From contig CP158635.1 of NCBI GenBank assembly GCA_050273025.1, positions 30,008,001 through 30,072,000 of the forward strand: DNA of 64,000 nucleotides, read 5' to 3'. This DNA is from Cenococcum geophilum (lineage: Eukaryota). Below the pieces are notes generated by a model that saw nothing but the letters and a program-made list of their open reading frames with translations, did not search any database and was not told the origin of the DNA. The position numbers and the translations under genes were made by a program. How positions within the stretch are numbered: the first letter of the stretch is position 1; each line of letters opens with the position of its first letter. This document shows, in pieces, positions 24,939-39,290 of this stretch.

Positions 24939-27900
24939 TTAATGCGTCAATTGAACCGTAATCTCATCTGAATCCTTCCGTCTTGCTCTGATACTGTCCC
25001 TGAGGTCCTCCAGTTGCTTCTCCTTATTTAGCCGCTCCTTGATATCCACCATTCCGATCATATTAACGAAGCTTTGAAACCTCTGCTTGGGCAGGGCCTT
25101 CGTAAGTCCATCGGCGATCATCTCCTTCGTCGCTGTCCATTGAAATCATACTCGTCTCATTGCGTATTCCTGACGTAGCCAGTGTCAATGGATGTCAACG
25201 TGTCGGAGCTTCGTGATCAGCTTTGCCGTGTCTTCTGTGATCAGTCGGAGCGTCTGGGTGTTGTCGCATTTGATAATCAAGGGCTCGTTCAGGCGTAGCG
25301 TCATTGCTTTAAACAGCCTGCTGATAAAGATAGCTTCCTTTGCTGTCTATAATAGGGCTAACAACTCGGCTTCTGTGCTCGACGTCGTAACCGTACCCTG
25401 CTTATTTGCTCTCCAGGCGATCGGCCCCCCAAATAGCTTCATAATGTATCCTTGCGAGCTCTTTCTGTCGACGGAGTTGTCCGCGAATAATGCGTCGCTG
25501 GCACAGATAAATGATTGCGCACCGTCTCTTCCGTCGTCTCGTCCTTTGTCGCGTATTCCTTTGTCTCTCCCTCTACCGTTCGTTCCTTCCTCATCTCCTT
25601 CATAGCAGATTGCTCTGCTTCTCGTGCCATACAGGTACTGGATGACTCTTTCTGCCGCTCGATGATGCTCTTGGCTTGGGTTCTGATTGAACCTTGCCAG
25701 CCGTGATACTGCGAAGGCAATATCCGGACGCGTCGTAGTGGCTGCATAGAGTACTGAACCCAATTTTCTCTGATATAGCATCGTAGAGGCTGGTAGGGAT
25801 ATAGGACGGACTAATAGGTCTGTATCGGGGGACGGAGGCGTCAGACGGATCATACGGTGATCGGTAGGGAGGAGTTCCGATTCTGCTATAGGAGTGTCTG
25901 GAAGACGCCCTCTGAGATCTATCTCATACTAATTAGCTATCTTCTCTATATAGGCTTCCTGGGATAGCCACAGGAGCCTCTGGCTACGATCGCGTAGCAC
26001 GTGGATTCCTAGGAACCATTTTAGCTCGCCAAGGGTACTCATCTGGTATTCCTTGCTTAGCTCCTTAATTGCTTCTTGAGCTTTCTTCTCATCTGTCTTT
26101 CGGTAGCAGAAGACAATATCGTCGACGTAGAAGAAGACGACTATTCCACCTTTTAGCATGACACACGGCTCCTGGGGTACTTCTTTGAAACCCAATTCGT
26201 TCAATGAGCTCGTGAGATTCTTCTGCCATAGCAGTGGTGATCGTCGTAGTCCGTACAGGGCTTTTCTTAAGCGCAGTACTTTGTCTGTCTTTCCTTTATT
26301 GAACCCTGGCGGTAGCTTCATGTAGACAACCTCGTCGAGATCGCAATGGACAAACGCATTGACTGCATCTATCTGTGTCGTCTCCAGGTTGAATTTTGCA
26401 GTGATCGCCATAAGGGTTCGGAAGGTCGTACTAGCTAATGTAGTAGCTCTCGTAGGTAGGTCTCCTGGGGCCTGTTGATTTCCGCAGACTACTAAGCGTG
26501 CCTTGCATTTCTGGAGAAATCCGTGCTTGTCTATCTTGTAGACGAACACCCACATTGAGCTGAGGACCTGCTGTCCCTTTGCGTGCTTCTTATCTGTTTC
26601 TTGAAACGACCTCATTTGATGATAAGATTGGAGATAGGCTCGTTGAGCCTCTTGGAACTGATCTTGAAGAGGATGCGTATTAAGGTCCCGGATTGACTAG
26701 GGTGGCGGAGGTAGGTTCTTCCTATGTAATCTGACATCGCGTGTTCTGCCTGATTTCAGCTTGCTGTCGTTGAGTCGACTGTCGAGGTTAAACTTCCTTC
26801 CTGCTAAGAAGGCGCCGTGATAGGCTGACGTGATCCTTTTGGTAATAAAGTCTTCAAACCTATTATCGCTGGCTTCCTTGAACGAGTCTTTGACTGAGTC
26901 GTTGGGCACCCCCTAAGTATTAAACGCATCTCCTGCTCGATGAGCGACGTCTTGATCAGTACCTTGTACATCTAACTTCGTAGGATACTCGACGTGAAAG
27001 GCACATGGAGATTCTTCGTCTTCTTCTGTTGGAGGTGGTGTACAGTACGCATCTTCGAGGGCTCTTGCAAGCTCGAGATCTGCTAACTCATCAAAGGCTT
27101 GAACTGGCTCATCGACGTCGTCATCTTCCTCTTAAATTGACGGTTCAAGTACTTCTTCATCGTCTTCCAGAAGGACCTCGTTCTTGGTCTGGGTATCAGG
27201 TAGTTGAATCTTCTCGATCAGTGTATCTAATTCAGCGTGTAGGTCCTCTGAGATGTCCGTTCGCTTGCCGTCGAAGAACGTCTTTTCGTCGAAGATGACA
27301 TCCCTTGTAGAGATGACGATACCCTTGTGTGGGATCCAGATCCTGTAGATATTGGTAGAGTCATAGCCAACGAGGTAGCCGATATGAGCTCGCGGATCTA
27401 GCTTGCTCAGCCTTTTCTTCTTCAGCTGGGCGTCCGACGTCATCGCGTACGCTCTACAGCCGTAGGCTTTCAGGTGCGCCAGTTGCGGTTTTCTTGATCT
27501 CCCATTCGCTAGGTAGGTATAGAACCTCTCATATAGCGATTTCCATCCATTGCTTTCTCGTGGCGTTCGATCTCGAAGGTACACTGCACAGTTAACTATC
27601 TCGTTCCATAGATCATGTGGTAGATTGGCAGCAATTCTCATGGCACGTCCTTTCTCAATAATAACACCCCCTGAGCGTTCGGCGGTACCGTTCTGTGCTT
27701 GCGTATGTGGCGCCAAAGGCTCGAATGTAATCCCTTGCGTCCGTAGCCATTTAAGGGTTCTCCTTCTCCCTAGCTCGTTGTCTGATCTGATGGTATTGAC
27801 TTTGAGGTTGTACCTTAGACGAATCCATTAGGTGAAATCTTTAAGCACTCGTAGTGTCTCCTTCTCCTCGCCATGCGTCGTCATAAAATACGAGAAGGTT

Positions 27901-29825
27901 CTTCCTGAGAAGGTGTCGTGGATGAACATAACTCGTACAAATCCAGCATGCGCTTCCTTAAGGTCAGTCCAGTCAATATGGAGGTCAAGATAGGGTTTAT
28001 CGATCTTCCGTTCCGAGAACCTTCTTAAGACCTGACGCTTGATTTTGGCAAGACTGCAATGTTAACATTCCGTCGTCTTTGGGCCTCGAAGCTTGACTCC
28101 TAAGGCGTTGAGACCTAAATGATAAAGGCTCATAGGTCCTGGATGACCTAGACGCAGATGCCATAGACGTGCATCTCCTTTCGAATCTGGACGAGCGTCT
28201 CTTGATGATGCTCTGCGCTTCCGTTGGCGTAGCAGTCGGCTTGTATTAAACGCTGATAGACTTCCTGGTCGGATGTATTCGATAGTCTGTTGTCCGTGAC
28301 GTTCTTCCATTTGACATAGGACTGAGTCATCCTTTCGAACTAGAAGATTGTTCTCTCCTTTATTGTCCTAGTAGTACCCTCATTTTCGAAGTAGACGGAA
28401 CGACACTAGATTCGTATTGAAGTCCGTACAAAAGGCAACGTCCTTAAGGCGTAGGATTCCCTTGCTCTTGTCTGGTTTTGTAACTTGGACAGTGACGTCG
28501 CCGTAGCCTAGTATAGGCACTTCTGAGCTGCCGGCGATGACGTATTCGAGTCTTGGAGCTTTCCTAAAGTTATAGAAACGAGAGAGGTTATTGAAGATAT
28601 GGAGAGTGGTTCCTGAGTCAAGAATAGTCGATAGCTTTAGTGGATGGATTTGACCTGTATGATACGATTCTAGGAATATCGCATTAGCTTCTCCCTTGAT
28701 CTTGACTTCCTGGCTCTCGTCCTGTCGTTGTCAAGCCTCGTCTTCCTGTTCTTCAAGTCTGATCTTTGCAACTTGGTCAGCGAGATCCTTATTCTTTTCT
28801 ACCTTCTTCAGCACCCTTTTGATGCGAGCATCTCCGATGGTGACTCCTTCGGGTCTCTTATCTTCAAATAAATACCAACAGTCCTGTAGGGAATGTCCTC
28901 GTTTCTCGCACGCCAAGCACACGGGTAGTAGCTTCTTGCGGGACGTCTCCTCGTCTACCAGTGACCCGGCTCTCTTCGAGCGTCTAGTACGTGCTGAGGT
29001 TCCTTTCCCTGGACCTTTAGTAGTATCAGAGTGATCCATCGTGGCTTGCTCTGCGAAGTCTGCATTAAAGGTACTCCCTCTTGTAGTAGCATTGGCTTTC
29101 TTCGAGGGTATTCTGAGTCCTTCTTGCAGCTCCTTTGCTACTCTGCGGTATTCGGAAGATCTCGACTTCTGAGGGTCATTCGACTCGGTAGTATACTTCA
29201 TACAATAGGCGTCGCTGAAAGGTCGAATAACTTCTGCCAATTCTTGAAGCCAGATTCCATCGAACATTTGAGGGATCTTGTACTTCTCTCCTAGTACCAT
29301 TGCATATTCCCATTAATCTAACCACTGATTCAATTTTAACAAGTGTTTGAACCCCTTGAGGGCTTCCGTGTACTGGTGTTGTACCTTCTTCCTGACGAAC
29401 GACGAGGTAGGTTCTGTGTTCTCCTTCAGTCGAGATAGCCATTCTTTGACTGTCAAGGAAGGGTCAAGCAGTAGCTTCTTCTGAATCGATACTGTGGACG
29501 TGATTTAGGTGCGGATCTTTTGAAGGTGCTCTTCTTGTTTCAGGAAATACTTCATGTCCTGGTCGTAGTATCGTCTGCTGTTCTCGTACGCCCTCTGTTG
29601 ATTCGTCGAGAGCTGTGCATATGAGGTTGCATTCTCGTTGAAATCTGTGACTTCTGGATAGGCTGGTTCTTGTAGTAGACCTCGTTGAGGTGCTTCCTTG
29701 TCTGGGTCAACGTGGGCCCAAATTCGTTTGTCCACGAGGGCTTGTAGTTGCCAGATCCATTGCTCCCAGTCTTCTGGCTTATTGAGGATGATCGTGGTAG
29801 ACGAACTCGACCTCGGTGGAGTCAT
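24939..29825 (-). pseudogene. Copia gag-pol polyprotein interrupted by premature stops
   Basis: CLACEKRGHSLQDC zinc knuckle, ILDSGTTLHI protease, LWHLRLGH pre-integrase, QNGTAER integrase, KALYGLRRSP and FYVDD RT, DRKSSQG/SSTEAE/IADGLTK RNase H. Broken into ORF-track pieces by TAG/TAA/TGA. Confidence 0.92.
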
Positions 29826-29859
29826 TTGACTGATAGGCAGATGGGAATTGAGATGGAAT

Positions 29860-29975
29860 TCGTCGTCAGGATCGTCCTTGTCGCAGGATCGTCCTTGTCG
29901 TCAGGATCGTCCTTGTCGTCAGGATCGTCCTTTGACGATTGAGGTGGAGTCTCGTGGAATCTCGTGGAATCTCGT
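29860..29975. repeat. Tandem repeats in the Copia-1 5' leader (~21-bp CAGGATCGTCCTTGTCGT-type unit x~4; CTCGTGGAAT x2-3)
   Basis: Directly visible tandem copies. Confidence 0.75.
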
Positions 29976-30648
29976 CCTGTGACAATTGAGGTAGGATTTC
30001 GATCAGGGTCGTCTTGTGACGATGAGGTGTTAGAGTCTGACGATGAGGTAGAATTTCTTCAAATGACTGAGTAATAGCTGAATAGCTTCTTGTGTCGGCG
30101 GACCGGGCTCATAACTATCAGATAACTCATATAGAGCTATTCATTGATAAAATGGGTTGATTGATTGATGATCTTGATTGTGTCTTGACCTAGGGCCCCT
30201 GGGCTTAGATGAAGATATTTACAAAGCACGGGCCCCGTGCACGTGACTCGTGCACGTCCTGCGCCACCGAGAATACAGATTATCTGACAACTATGGTCCT
30301 TTAAATATATAACCGTACTCCTAGGAAACCCTCCTTATACGTAATATATGTGTTATATATAAGGTACATAAGTTCCTCTTATTCCTCTCGTTTAATATAT
30401 AGTATATTATATAACTCGCTTACCATTCCTCGTTATATAGTTCTACCGGTTCTATTCTAGACTATATCTATATTAACTAACTAGCTTCTTTTAACTCTTC
30501 CCTAAGTAGTTATAATATTATACTTAAAGCGTCCGTAATACTATCTCCCTCCTTTTTATCTTTGTCTTTAAAGATTCTAAGTATCTCTAAGTTATTTACT
30601 AAAGGTGTAATATCCGTTTAATTAATTTAGTTAATATTATTACTTATT

Positions 30649-33600
30649 ATACCTAAAGCATCTTCTTCTTTATACGCGTAATATTATGCCCACACTATTG
30701 CTGCTATATTATCGCTTAGTAAAATAATACTATCTCCTTATTCTTATTATACGAAAGAAAGGTTAGTTTATATTACGCTAGCAAGTCCCTTATCTTAGCA
30801 ACCTTTCTCTTACTTAGAGTGCACTAAAGTAAATATTTATTTGTCCTATAATATTTATTCTACTTCTAACGCTAAGTATACGCGTCCTATAACTCTTAAT
30901 AGTCTGCGAGTTCCCTAAGTAATTTATTATAGGGTCTTATTGTTCGTACTAATTTAATAGCACGAGTGAGTTATATCCCGGGGCACGAAATACGTATAGT
31001 ATTGTATGCTCTTTGGGATGGTGGTGACTGTCGATTCTATTGAGGTAGACTACGTGGTCTATATACTGACGCGCCTCCCTCCTAATTAGTCAGCACGTAG
31101 GTAGTCGGTGCACGAACGCGTAAATACGCGTTCGTATACCAGGTGCTGTAATTATACACTGGCGGTACTTAGAAAATGAAACCACTTATATATAGCCTCC
31201 GTAATTGCCTCAATAGAACCATAAAATACGTAAGGAAATACATAAGAAATCCCTCCTAAGGTGCCTTCTGGGCTGCCTTCCAAACGGTGCTCTAGGCTGG
31301 CCGTAAGTCTTGCTTACGGTCCGTAAAATAAACCGTACGGCCTTTTAATAGGCCGTAGACGAGCCATAAGTTAGATCTTAAGGGCCGCTAAGGCGCTAGT
31401 GCTAAGCGAGCTAATGGCGATTTTCCATCCGGATGGAAAATTGTGATTGGTTGATTTAACTACCGGTCCGTAGAATAGGCCGTATAATGAGCCGTACGGC
31501 CTTCTAACGGGCTATAGGCGTACCATAGGTACTCCGTTAGTCCCGTTCTACCCATTCTATAACTTTTAGGTTAAGCCTATTTGTGTTAATTAGGGTTTTA
31601 AGGGCTTAACACGGCTTTGCCTTAGTTATAGCGTCTACTAGGTTATTTCCGCCGCTAATCTATTTAACCTCTATAATTTTACGTCGTTTATAGGCCTAAC
31701 GTAAGCACATTAGGTTAACTATAAGCCTCTTCTCTTATGTTATACCTAGTTTAACTAGGCAGTTATAGAGGGACTTTAAATTAGTATATAAAACTAGGGG
31801 TAACTGCTCTAGTTATAGGATCTTCTGGACCGTTAATTTAATTATGGCTGCTATATTAAAGCTATAAGCTAGTGTATATAGTTTAGAAGCTAGTATACTG
31901 CGGGTTACTCGTTTGCATTTAATTAAAGACTAGTATAGTATATTTGCGTCCTAATTATAGTCTATAAGTATAATTATAAAGCCGATTTGTAATAATAGGT
32001 CTTTATTATTAGTAAAGGAGGCGTCCGTAAATACCATTATACTAAGGGAATTTAGGTCCAGTGGTATAAAAGTAAGTCCTCTTATCGCGTTGTTAATTTG
32101 CCATTAAATGCGCTTATTAAGCTGCTTAATATTTTCTTCTTATAGATTTACTGCCTAGGCCGCAAAGGATAAGTCGTAGGCAGATTTGGGTTGGCAGACT
32201 GTGGCTATATAGGCGCCTCTTACACGCTATGCAGCGTATTAGTCCTTTATATTTATAGTCTTACGGGTCTCTTTATGGGAACTAGTAAGGTCCGTAGGCT
32301 TTGCTATAATAGGCTTTAGGTTTTAAGCTTGGCGTTTTTAAGTTAGCTAGATTAAATTGCCCTTTTATATAATTAAGCCTCCGTTAAACTTAATTAGAGT
32401 TTACTTAGTTAACTACTCTCGCGGCTTTACTAAGAACTTTGCCTTTTATAGTTTAGTTTCTTTAGTGTCCGCAAAGGTTTAGTCTGCTAGGAAGAGGGTA
32501 TTATCTATTTAGAGTCTAACAATACTAAGGCCGTTTAATGGGGTGTATAGGAGGTAGGGGTCGTAGGTTAACTGTTCCATTTTAAGTTTACTAACATAGT
32601 GCTAATGGTATGTTTTAAACCAATAGTTTCCGGCTTCTAGTACTCCGTAAAGAGGTTTTATAACCTATAAAATTATTTCTAGTTATAGGTTAAGCTCGCG
32701 GGGTAGTCGTATAAAGATGTCCCTACTTAGGTAGGTATTAGACTGCACATAGGCTTATAAGATATCCTATAAGTATAGGGCTATAGGCTTGGTTTACTAT
32801 AGTCTAGGCTTAAGTGCAAGTATAATCCGTTAACTAACTCGTTAAATTATAGGCGATTGCGTAAGGACTAAGTCCTTTCCCTAGTCGTTATAAGCTTGTA
32901 TAATAAGCCTTGACTTTTTAAAGGCTTTATTAGTACTAGGGTGCTTAATTTTATTAATAAAGCATAAGTTAAATATACGGACGCCTTGCGGGACGTCTTT
33001 CTCCATTATAACCGTAAAGACGCCCTTCTTAAGTAGTCTGTTAATCTCTTTGCGTTATAAGTCCGTAAAAGGGGTTTCCTATACTAGAACTAATATATCC
33101 GTAGGCGGAGATTGTCTTGCGGATATTCCTATAGAGGTTAGGTAATTCTTTATTATAGGGTTCTTAGTTACGGGGTGCTTTTAGGGGCGTCCTTAGCTAT
33201 GCTTTACGGTAGGTTTAGTAGGTTTAGTGGGTTTCTAGGGGACTTCTAGGGTAAGTAAGGGTGCTTCCAGTTCGTTTAATTTGGCAGTCGCTTCTGGTTT
33301 GTCTGGTTTAATAGTTACTTCTAGTTTGTCTGGCTTAATGTTATAGGTGTTTTCGGGCCGAAAGTAGGGTTTTACGGACGTGCTTCTAAAGCTAGTTAGC
33401 CCGCTAGGGAGTTATATGCAGCACGTCTTATTTTCTACGGCTAGTAGGCAATAAGGTCTATTCCAATTGCCGCTTTTACGCTATATGAGGACTTTAGAGT
33501 TAAGCGGGAGGTCGTATACTAGGGTCGTATTAGGTCCGTTGCGGTAGTATAAGGCGTTATTAACAGTTTATTTAGCCCATAGCTTGACTATCTTAGCCAT

Positions 33601-36600
33601 TGCCTTCTATATTATGGCTGCTTATTCTGTAATAGATGGGGTAGGAGGATCTAGTTTACTTATCCTTAAGTAGGCTCCGTAGACTAAGAGGGTAGGTACT
33701 AATCCGTTTGGGCCAGCAGTGTTATTAACGGCTTTTACGGCCATCTGTAGAGTTAGTTCCTTTTAGATGTCCTTACATTTGTCTATAATAATCTAGTAAG
33801 CTCTCCGTAAGGCTAGGTAAGCTTACTTAATAAGCCTGATAGACTAATGCGCCTTAACTGGAACGGCTTTTATTAATATAGCCATGGCCGTAGTATACTA
33901 CTAGAATTCCTTACTAATAAAGTTCCTACTAGCGTTGTGGGTAATATACTATAGGGGTCTAACGTATGTATCGATCTAGCAGGTCCGTAAAATATCCTAG
34001 GTATACTTTATAGATATATTTTATAACTAACGGGCGGCTTAATAACGGGTTACCTTATTAATTATATATAGTACTAGGCTGCCGTTAATATACATAATAT
34101 CTATGTATACTAAGTGGTTAAAGTCAAGATCCTTATAAAGGGTGAACTTAAATTAGCCTAGAGAATATCTGTATTTCTAGCAGTAGGAGTAGTATTTAGT
34201 TAGGTAGTTAATTGCCTTCCTATTAACATCGTTATATCCAGAGTGTTTAAGGACTCTATATAGCTTTTTAGCTAATGGGTAGCCGAAACAGCGGTATAGG
34301 CGGTAGATTTCCGTACTAGTAAGGTAGCACGGGTTATAGTCAAAAGATTCCTAAATATACGTCCATAAGGTCTCTCCCTATATAAGGAATAGGTGTCCGA
34401 ATTGTTATATAATTAGTAGGGTAATATACTTACTTCCTAGGGTAGTTGTAGGGCCGATTAGGGTGTCCGTAACGTTATTGTAGTATACCTATAACCTATC
34501 TATATCCGCAAGGCAGAGTAGGAAAGGGGTGTCCGCTTTTACTATATGGAAGTTAACTAGGCTAATTAGAGTCTTAACTGCTACTAATCTGATTAATGCA
34601 GTTAAGCCAATGCCAAATTGGACGGTTATAGCCCCAGTTTGCATAATATCAATGTCTATATTATTATTTGTGGTGGTCCTATATATAAGGTATTATCTAT
34701 AGCCTGCGGTAGACTTCTTAGAGGCACCTATGTCGATTATAACACCGTAGAATTCCTTAGGGGTATAGCGTTCTGTGGTGATATATGCAAATAGGTCCTA
34801 CTTATAATCTATAACGTCCGTAACGGGGGTGCTTATAGAATAGTTTTTAGGCGCAACTGAGTGTATAAAGGAACGGTCGGCTAATATAGTCGTGATATTA
34901 AAGGCTTGGCTGTCCGTAAAAGGTCTAAAAGTAGTTAGGAATATCTCTAAGGTCTCTTATTCCTAAGCGTCTAAGTTAAAGTTAATTATAAGGGCTTCTA
35001 TTGACTTATTAGGGGGCTCTTCTACTTCCTCTCCTTTGTATTCTAAAATAAACTGGCTAATATGGCTATTAAGTCTCTTCCTAGACTTGTTACGTTCTTC
35101 CTAGGTATACCTTATAGACTAATATCCTTCCTTACCGCATATAAAGCACTTCTAGCTGGTCCGTCTGCGGGGGTATATTTTCGTACGGGAGTTACTATAG
35201 GGGTTACGGGTGGGACTTGGTTAGTACGGGTACTGCTAGCGGTAGCGGCGGTCCGTAAAGTAGACGTCTAAGTCTGTTTACGGATATTAAATATCCGCAG
35301 TAAAGGCTTAAGTGCTGCCTGGTGGGTTTAAGACTTCGTACGTTATAATAGAGGAGCGTAGATTATTAATAAGGCCAGCTAAGGTGTCTGTAGGCTTATA
35401 ATAGGCGTACTTATAGGGCTTTACTTCCTAGTAGGCCGTAATAAGTTTGTTATACAGGAAGTCGTCTGTTTAAAACTTAGCGTTAAGGCCGTGCTATAGG
35501 TACCGGAGGTCTTTAATGAGAATTTGCAGGCACTCTATAGTCGATTTTTTAGTGTTCTTGTTAATTACGGTCCGTAGCTTAGTCGCATTCTATTAGGTAA
35601 GGATATTATGCTTATATTCCGGTCCTTTAAAGTAGTTACGGGTAGCTTTATATAGCTTATTAAAGGGAACACCAAGGGGGTTGCTCTTAAGGTTGGTGTA
35701 GTAGTGGTTAAGTGCTAGGCCGCGTAGCATAGTAGAGTAGGCTTGGCTGAACTCTTGTTTAGGAATATTAGCCTTTTGGCAAAGGTTCGTAAAGATAGTT
35801 AGTTTAAAGTTAAAATTATCGTTTTTACTACTGTACTTAGATTCGTCGGTATAGAGCTTAGCTAGGTTAGCTAGTTCCTTACCATAGGTCTTTACTTGGG
35901 CGCGTTATAGATCTATAACTTGCGGATCTGTGGCTTGCGGATATATAGCTTGCGGATATGTGGTTTGCGGATATATAGCTTGCGGATCTATGACTTAGGT
36001 AGGTTATAGATTTATAGCTTTATTAACGGAAGGGTTTTAGTCTATATTTTGGTTTACGGGGGTATTACGGTCCATAACTTAGGTACTGGGTATGCTTTAG
36101 CCCATAAGATTAATTTTAAAATTGCTTAGGTTTATAGGACGAATTTGGTTAAGTAGGTTAGGTATAAGGCTAGTGATGCCATTAAGTTTAGGAGAAGCAG
36201 AGAGATTATTTATAGCTTTAACCTAGTTTAGGATTTTCTCTTTAGTCTATTCCGTTTGGTCCTCCTCCTATATTATATTATATAAGGACCGTGCAACAGT
36301 AACTCGTTTATCTTTTTTAACCTATACACCTTGGTGACGTAAAAGGGTTCGTAGGTTACGGATAGTAGTAGGGTTATAAGTCTTAAGAATAGCTTCCGTA
36401 AAGTCCGTAAAGTCTTCCTTATATTACTCCCATAGGTCGTTGTTTAGAAGCTTATAGTGTCTGTATTTAAGGATTTTAAAATTAATGTAGTCGTTAACGT
36501 CGTCCGTAGACGTGAGATTGACTCCTTAGCTCCACTTCTTTTAACCTTTACTAATTTGCTTGCTTATATCTGCCATATTATATAGCGTTATATATCTATA

Positions 36601-37600
36601 TAAGCTATGGCGGGCTATAGTAGCTTATAGCGGGTAGAGGAGGTCTTATAACGGTCCGTAAAATCAATTAGCGGGTCTATAACAGTTTAAGGGGTCTTAT
36701 AGTGGTCCGTAAAGGCGATTAACGGGTCCGTAACGGTTTGTAGAAGGGTAAGGGGTTTCCGTAAGGTCCGAAGAGGTTTAGGGTTTAAGGGAGTTAAGGA
36801 TAGGGGGTTCCGTAAAGGTCTGTATTCGCGTCTATAACTTCTAGTAAACCGTATTAAGACTTAAATAAGTATACAGAGTTGGTGATAGTCCGTAATCCCC
36901 AACTTCCGACCTTCTAGCAGGTCGTACTAGGAGTCTAAATGGGTGGTCGCTGTTAAGTATCGCTCGGGGGAGGTATCAAGTAATTGCTGATCTGTGCGCG
37001 CTCACTAATTAGTGTTCGTATTAATTTAATAGCATAAGTAAGTCATATCCCGGGGCACGAAATACGTATAGTATTATATGCTCTTTAGGATGGTGGTAAC
37101 TGTCGATTCTATTAAGGTAGACTACGTGGTCTATATACTGACGCGCCTCCCCCCTGATTAGTCAGCACGTACGTAGTTGGTGCACAAACGCGTAAATACG
37201 CGTTCGTATACTAGGTGCTGTAATTATATACTTATATTTAATCCGTTGCTATAAAACTAGACGGTAATCTAACGCAGGCTCTTATTAAGCTGGAACGTTC
37301 TTATAACGCAGAGTAGAAGGCCTTAAATACTCGCATTACGGTATTTACTTAGCTGCTTTATCTTAAGAAGGTGCGTAAGAAAGTTCGCTCTAAGGAGTAG
37401 AAACTTATAGAATAGGGTCTATAAGAACTTAGTAATGAGAGGACTAATCCTCTCTTAGCTAAAAAGGAAATAACTTTAAATAGCTTAGTAGCTGTTCCTC
37501 CTAGGTCCCCTTTAAGCGATTTATTCTTTAACAATCCTTTTTTATTAATATTACCTAACCTAATCTCTTCTAATACTCCTATACTTTTCCTATAGCGTTC
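30649..37600 (+). pseudogene. Antisense cargo gene of Gypsy-A copy 2 (Zn2Cys6-like plus coiled coil); exon 1 30649-30877, intron 30878-30932, exon 2 from 30933, interrupted by Copia-2 and resuming at 37236
   Basis: Reads SPYSYYTKERLVYITLASPLS*QPFSYLECTKVNIYLSYNIYSTSNAK, where Tyr codons are RIP products of Cys/Arg codons. Homologous to 62823-62190. End coordinate approximate. Confidence 0.65.
30941..37230 (-). mobile_element. Ty1/Copia LTR retrotransposon 2, RIP-degenerate (218-bp LTRs 30941-31158 and 37013-37230)
   Basis: Paired LTRs, TSD CTTAT. Minus-strand relics YGVIIDIGAS (protease ~34730), RLYRCFGYP (pre-integrase ~34290), PLYGVLEAGNYWF (RT ~32630), TDASFTN (RNase H ~32020). 21-bp repeats in gag (~35915-35995). 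Confidence 0.9.
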
Positions 37601-39290
37601 CTTAGGTTCTTTAGTAGCTTTTAGGTAGTCTTATTATAGCCTATCTACTTTACCTTATACTATGTTTTATTATTAACGTCCTTATAACTAATAATCTTTA
37701 AAACTTACTATTTATCTTCTTCCTATCCTTTATACGTGTCTGCTTTATAAACTAGTAGCTTAATATTCCTATATACTAGCTCTAGTATTGCAATATACTA
37801 TATAGGGTAGATTTTTATTTTAGCTAGTAGGTTTAATTTAAACGTAACTGGTAAAATTCTTTATATAATTTTAAAAGGTCCTAGTCTAATATAGTCTAAT
37901 TTCTTACTTAATTGTTAACTCTTAAAATTTTTATATAGTAGCCATACTTTATCTCCCTCCTTAAGATCTAGTCCCTTAGATCTCTTAGCATTATAATACT
38001 TTTTTATTTTCTATTATACTACTTTAGCTATTTCTATGAGATTCTTATAAAGATTTATTAATGTCTCTATTCTTTACTTAGCTGTGCTACTTATCTTCTT
38101 TACTTAACGTAGCAATAACGATGTTCTTGGCTTATACCCGTAATTCGCCTTAAATAGTAATGTACCCATTTCTTTTTATGGTGTTATATTGTATGTAAAC
38201 TATATAACTAGTAATAATAATACCTAATTGTTCTATGCGTAATTAATATAGTGTTTTAAATACTACTCTAGTGTCTAGTTTAGTCTTTCTATTTAACTAT
38301 CTGTCTGCGGATAATATATAGTAGAAGTTACTGCTCTAACTCCTTATTCCGCTAAAAATACCTCCTAGAATACTGCTATAAATCTTAGATCCCTATCTAA
38401 TATAATTTTACTTAGTGCTCTATATCTTATAAATACTTCCTTAATATAGATTCTAGTAATATCTTCTACTAATATTTCTTCTGTATACGCTATAAAGTAT
38501 CCCCACTTTATAAGCTTATCCACTATTACTAAAATTATATTATAATCTTATCCGGTAATAGGATCTTTTAACTTTAGTAGCTTTATAATAAAGTCCTATA
38601 ATATAACCTCCTATAGTCTCTCTGGTATTTTAATAGGTTATAGCCCTCTATATGGCTTATGCCTCGTTAGTTTATTTCTTTAGCAATTTAGATATTCCTT
38701 TATAACCTTCTATACTAGGTTCTAGATTCTATTAATAATATACTTCTCCTAAAGTCTTAACACTAAGCCTATAGCTCTATTGTGTCCTTAAGTTAGTCCT
38801 TTATAGAAATCTTCTATAAAGTGTTCTACTATGCGTTTTAGGATGTACTTTGCCTCTCTATACTTATATAATACTTCTTCTCCTAGGTATTCTAACTGCT
38901 CTTCTAGCTATACCTTAAAGATTCTTTATACCTAAAAGCTTTTTGGTAACTTATAAACTCTATCTAGTTCTTTTTAAATTATTATAATTTTTGGATAATT
39001 ATACCTAATTAGTCTATCTGTATCTTTTCGCAGTAAAGTCCCTAATGGCTTTTTATTATTTTATAGTTTAGCTTTTTAACTTAAAGCATCTGCCCTTATA
39101 TTATCTGTACCCTTAATATACTAAATCTTAAAATAGTATTCTATAAGCATCTCTACCCATCTAACCTATCTTTAATTAAGTTTCTTTATTATTAAGAATC
39201 CCGTTAAGTTTTTATAATCTATTTTAATTATAAATGGTTTCTCTATACCTTATAAAAATACTCTCTATTTCTTTAATACTGTAACTATAC

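Larger units (their letters stand above)
24618..30289 (-). mobile_element. Ty1/Copia LTR retrotransposon 1, near-intact (174-bp LTRs 24618-24791 and 30116-30289)
   Basis: Near-identical LTRs, TSD ACTAT, polypurine tract AAGGGGGTG, GTTATGAGCCC primer-binding-site-like sequence. Domain order gag-PR-IN-RT-RH. Confidence 0.95.
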
